A stretch of DNA of 15,813 nucleotides from contig JBHHXT010000106.1 in the NCBI GenBank assembly GCA_046757165.1, positions 1 to 15,813 on the forward strand. Direction: 5' to 3'. Each line of letters opens with the position of its first letter. Positions within the stretch are counted from its first letter, which is position 1. The notes beneath the pieces were generated by a model. That model was not told where the DNA came from. It saw nothing but the letters and a program-made list of their open reading frames with translations, and made no database searches. This DNA is from a bacterium. Its GTDB lineage: Bacteria > Zhuqueibacterota > Zhuqueibacteria > Oceanimicrobiales > Oceanimicrobiaceae. Below are positions 14,447-15,813 of the stretch, one piece after another. Both the position numbers and the translations under genes were made by a program.

Positions 14447-15753
14447 TTCAGTATTGTTATCTGACCTCACACAATCACAGGAGAATGACTTTGTCGAAAA
14501 ACAAAATGAATATCATGGTCTTCGGTGCGGGCTCGAGTACGCAGGGGGTCTTGCACGCCCTGAAAGCTCACGCTGCCAACGTCAGCACCTATCTTACGCG
14601 TGAGTCCTGCGGTTACAGCCCGGCGCTGGAAGGCCAAACCTTCAGCGCCAGGGAGTACCCGAATCCCTGCGAGATTCTCGAGAAGACGAAAGTCGATCTG
14701 GTCATCCCCATGTCGATCGATTGGATTCTGGCGGACTGGACCGAAGAATTTCTCGCGCTCGAGATTCCCATCTTATCTCCCACGGGTGCAGGCGTGCGCT
14801 TGGAGCGCGACCGCGACTTCGCCCGCGAATTGTGTGAAAAACACCACATTCCGTTTCCGAAATCTTTCGTGGCCCAAAACCGGTTGCAGGCCGAGGCGAT
14901 TCTGGAGAACCATCCGGGCGCCTATGTCATCAAGAATCCGCTTTGCTCCCCCTCCAGTCCGGTGCACACCATCATGAGTGAAACGGTGGAGGATACACGC
15001 AGTTGGCTCAAGCTCGTCAACTACGAGGAAGGCATTTTCATGCAGGAGTACATGGGGCGCCGTGAGGCAGGCCACATCGCGTTCATCACCGGAGGCGAAA
15101 TTTACTCGCTCATCAGCAACCAGGAGTACAAGCGCGCTTTCGATGGCAACATGGGCATCATTGCGGGCGCGCCGCTTGGCGGGATTGTTGAGAAAGACCC
15201 GCAGGACAAGTACGGTGTGGCGCAGGAGCTGCTTCACCCCCTTCTGCCCTGGTTTCGGGAGGTCGGGTACCACGGACCCGTGCAGGTGACGGGCATTCGC
15301 AAAGACGACCGGTGGGTCGTTCTGGAGTACAACGTCCGCATCGGGGTGACGTGCGGGCCGATTATTCTGCAAATGCTGCAAGATCCGCTGCAAATCCTGT
15401 GGGACACGGTGCACAACCGGAAGACGACAATCCGGTTTAAAGAAAATCTCATGTTTGGGTGTTCCCTGACGCTGGCAGGCTATGGCTACCCGTACAGTCA
15501 GATCGCCGGCCCAAGCTTCCCGGTGCGCGTGAGCGGTCCGCTTGATTGCCATGTGTGGTGGAACGAGGTGTTCTCGGACAAGGAGGGCAAGCTGTTTACC
15601 AACGGTCAGAGAATTGCGGATCTGGTGGCGATCGAAGCTACCCTCGAGCAGGCGGTGCAGAGAGTCTACGACAATGTCAGCAGAGTTCGCTGTACGAGTA
15701 GCTACTACCGCACAGATATCGGGCAAAGCTTGTGGCCGCCGGGGAAGGAGTGA
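14443..15753 (+). CDS. Divergent phosphoribosylamine-glycine ligase (PurD/GARS)-like ATP-grasp protein
   Basis: PurD-like blocks: LERDRDFARELCEKHHIP, QEYKRAFDGNMG, VLEYNVRIG and TNGQRI...YYRTDIG. Possible starts are 14443 (ATGA overlap), TTG 14491 (6 nt after AGGAGA) or ATG 14506. No symbol is given because key PurD motifs are missing. Confidence 0.8.
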   Translation: MIQYCYLTSHNHRRMTLSKNKMNIMVFGAGSSTQGVLHALKAHAANVSTYLTRESCGYSPALEGQTFSAREYPNPCEILEKTKVDLVIPMSIDWILADWTEEFLALEIPILSPTGAGVRLERDRDFARELCEKHHIPFPKSFVAQNRLQAEAILENHPGAYVIKNPLCSPSSPVHTIMSETVEDTRSWLKLVNYEEGIFMQEYMGRREAGHIAFITGGEIYSLISNQEYKRAFDGNMGIIAGAPLGGIVEKDPQDKYGVAQELLHPLLPWFREVGYHGPVQVTGIRKDDRWVVLEYNVRIGVTCGPIILQMLQDPLQILWDTVHNRKTTIRFKENLMFGCSLTLAGYGYPYSQIAGPSFPVRVSGPLDCHVWWNEVFSDKEGKLFTNGQRIADLVAIEATLEQAVQRVYDNVSRVRCTSSYYRTDIGQSLWPPGKE

Positions 15754-15813
15754 TACAATAGTTAGCAGTAATAAAGTAAAGCACTCATAATAAAGAATAA
15801 GTGGGTAAACTGA

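Noticed and set aside
14773..15726. 317-aa minus-strand ORF
   Set aside because: Antisense shadow of the PurD-like gene.
1..15813. CRISPR array, tRNA/rRNA, transposase or integrase
   Set aside because: No regularly spaced direct repeats, cloverleaf or rRNA-like sequence, or recombinase/transposase motifs were seen by eye.

Overview
Gene-dense chromosomal segment from a diderm bacterium. The FlgD/T9SS-like C-terminal sorting domain (YQNYPNPFNP...KKLTLLR) suggests an FCB-superphylum lineage such as KSB1 or Calditrichota, which is an inference. From left to right the minus strand carries: a truncated addiction-module antitoxin missed by the ORF track, with a 28-bp dif/Xer-like site just upstream; a translationally coupled trio of a single-POTRA Omp85, a DUF4390-like protein and an NtrY-like HAMP histidine kinase; an acidic beta-hairpin-rich lipoprotein with a candidate sigma-54 promoter, IHF site and UAS; an MBL-fold hydrolase; a stand-alone receiver protein; and a PQQ-like beta-propeller. 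A GTAG-type REP doublet lies between the last two. Next come a secreted protein with a beta/gamma-crystallin domain and a C-terminal sorting domain (+), an M20 amidohydrolase (-), and a Wzi-like outer-membrane protein (+) abutting a strongly divergent PurD-like ATP-grasp ligase (+). I found no rRNA, tRNA, CRISPR array or transposase. The best candidate for an undescribed system is the lipoprotein/Omp85/DUF4390/kinase envelope module. All calls come from reading motifs by eye; no database searches were run.
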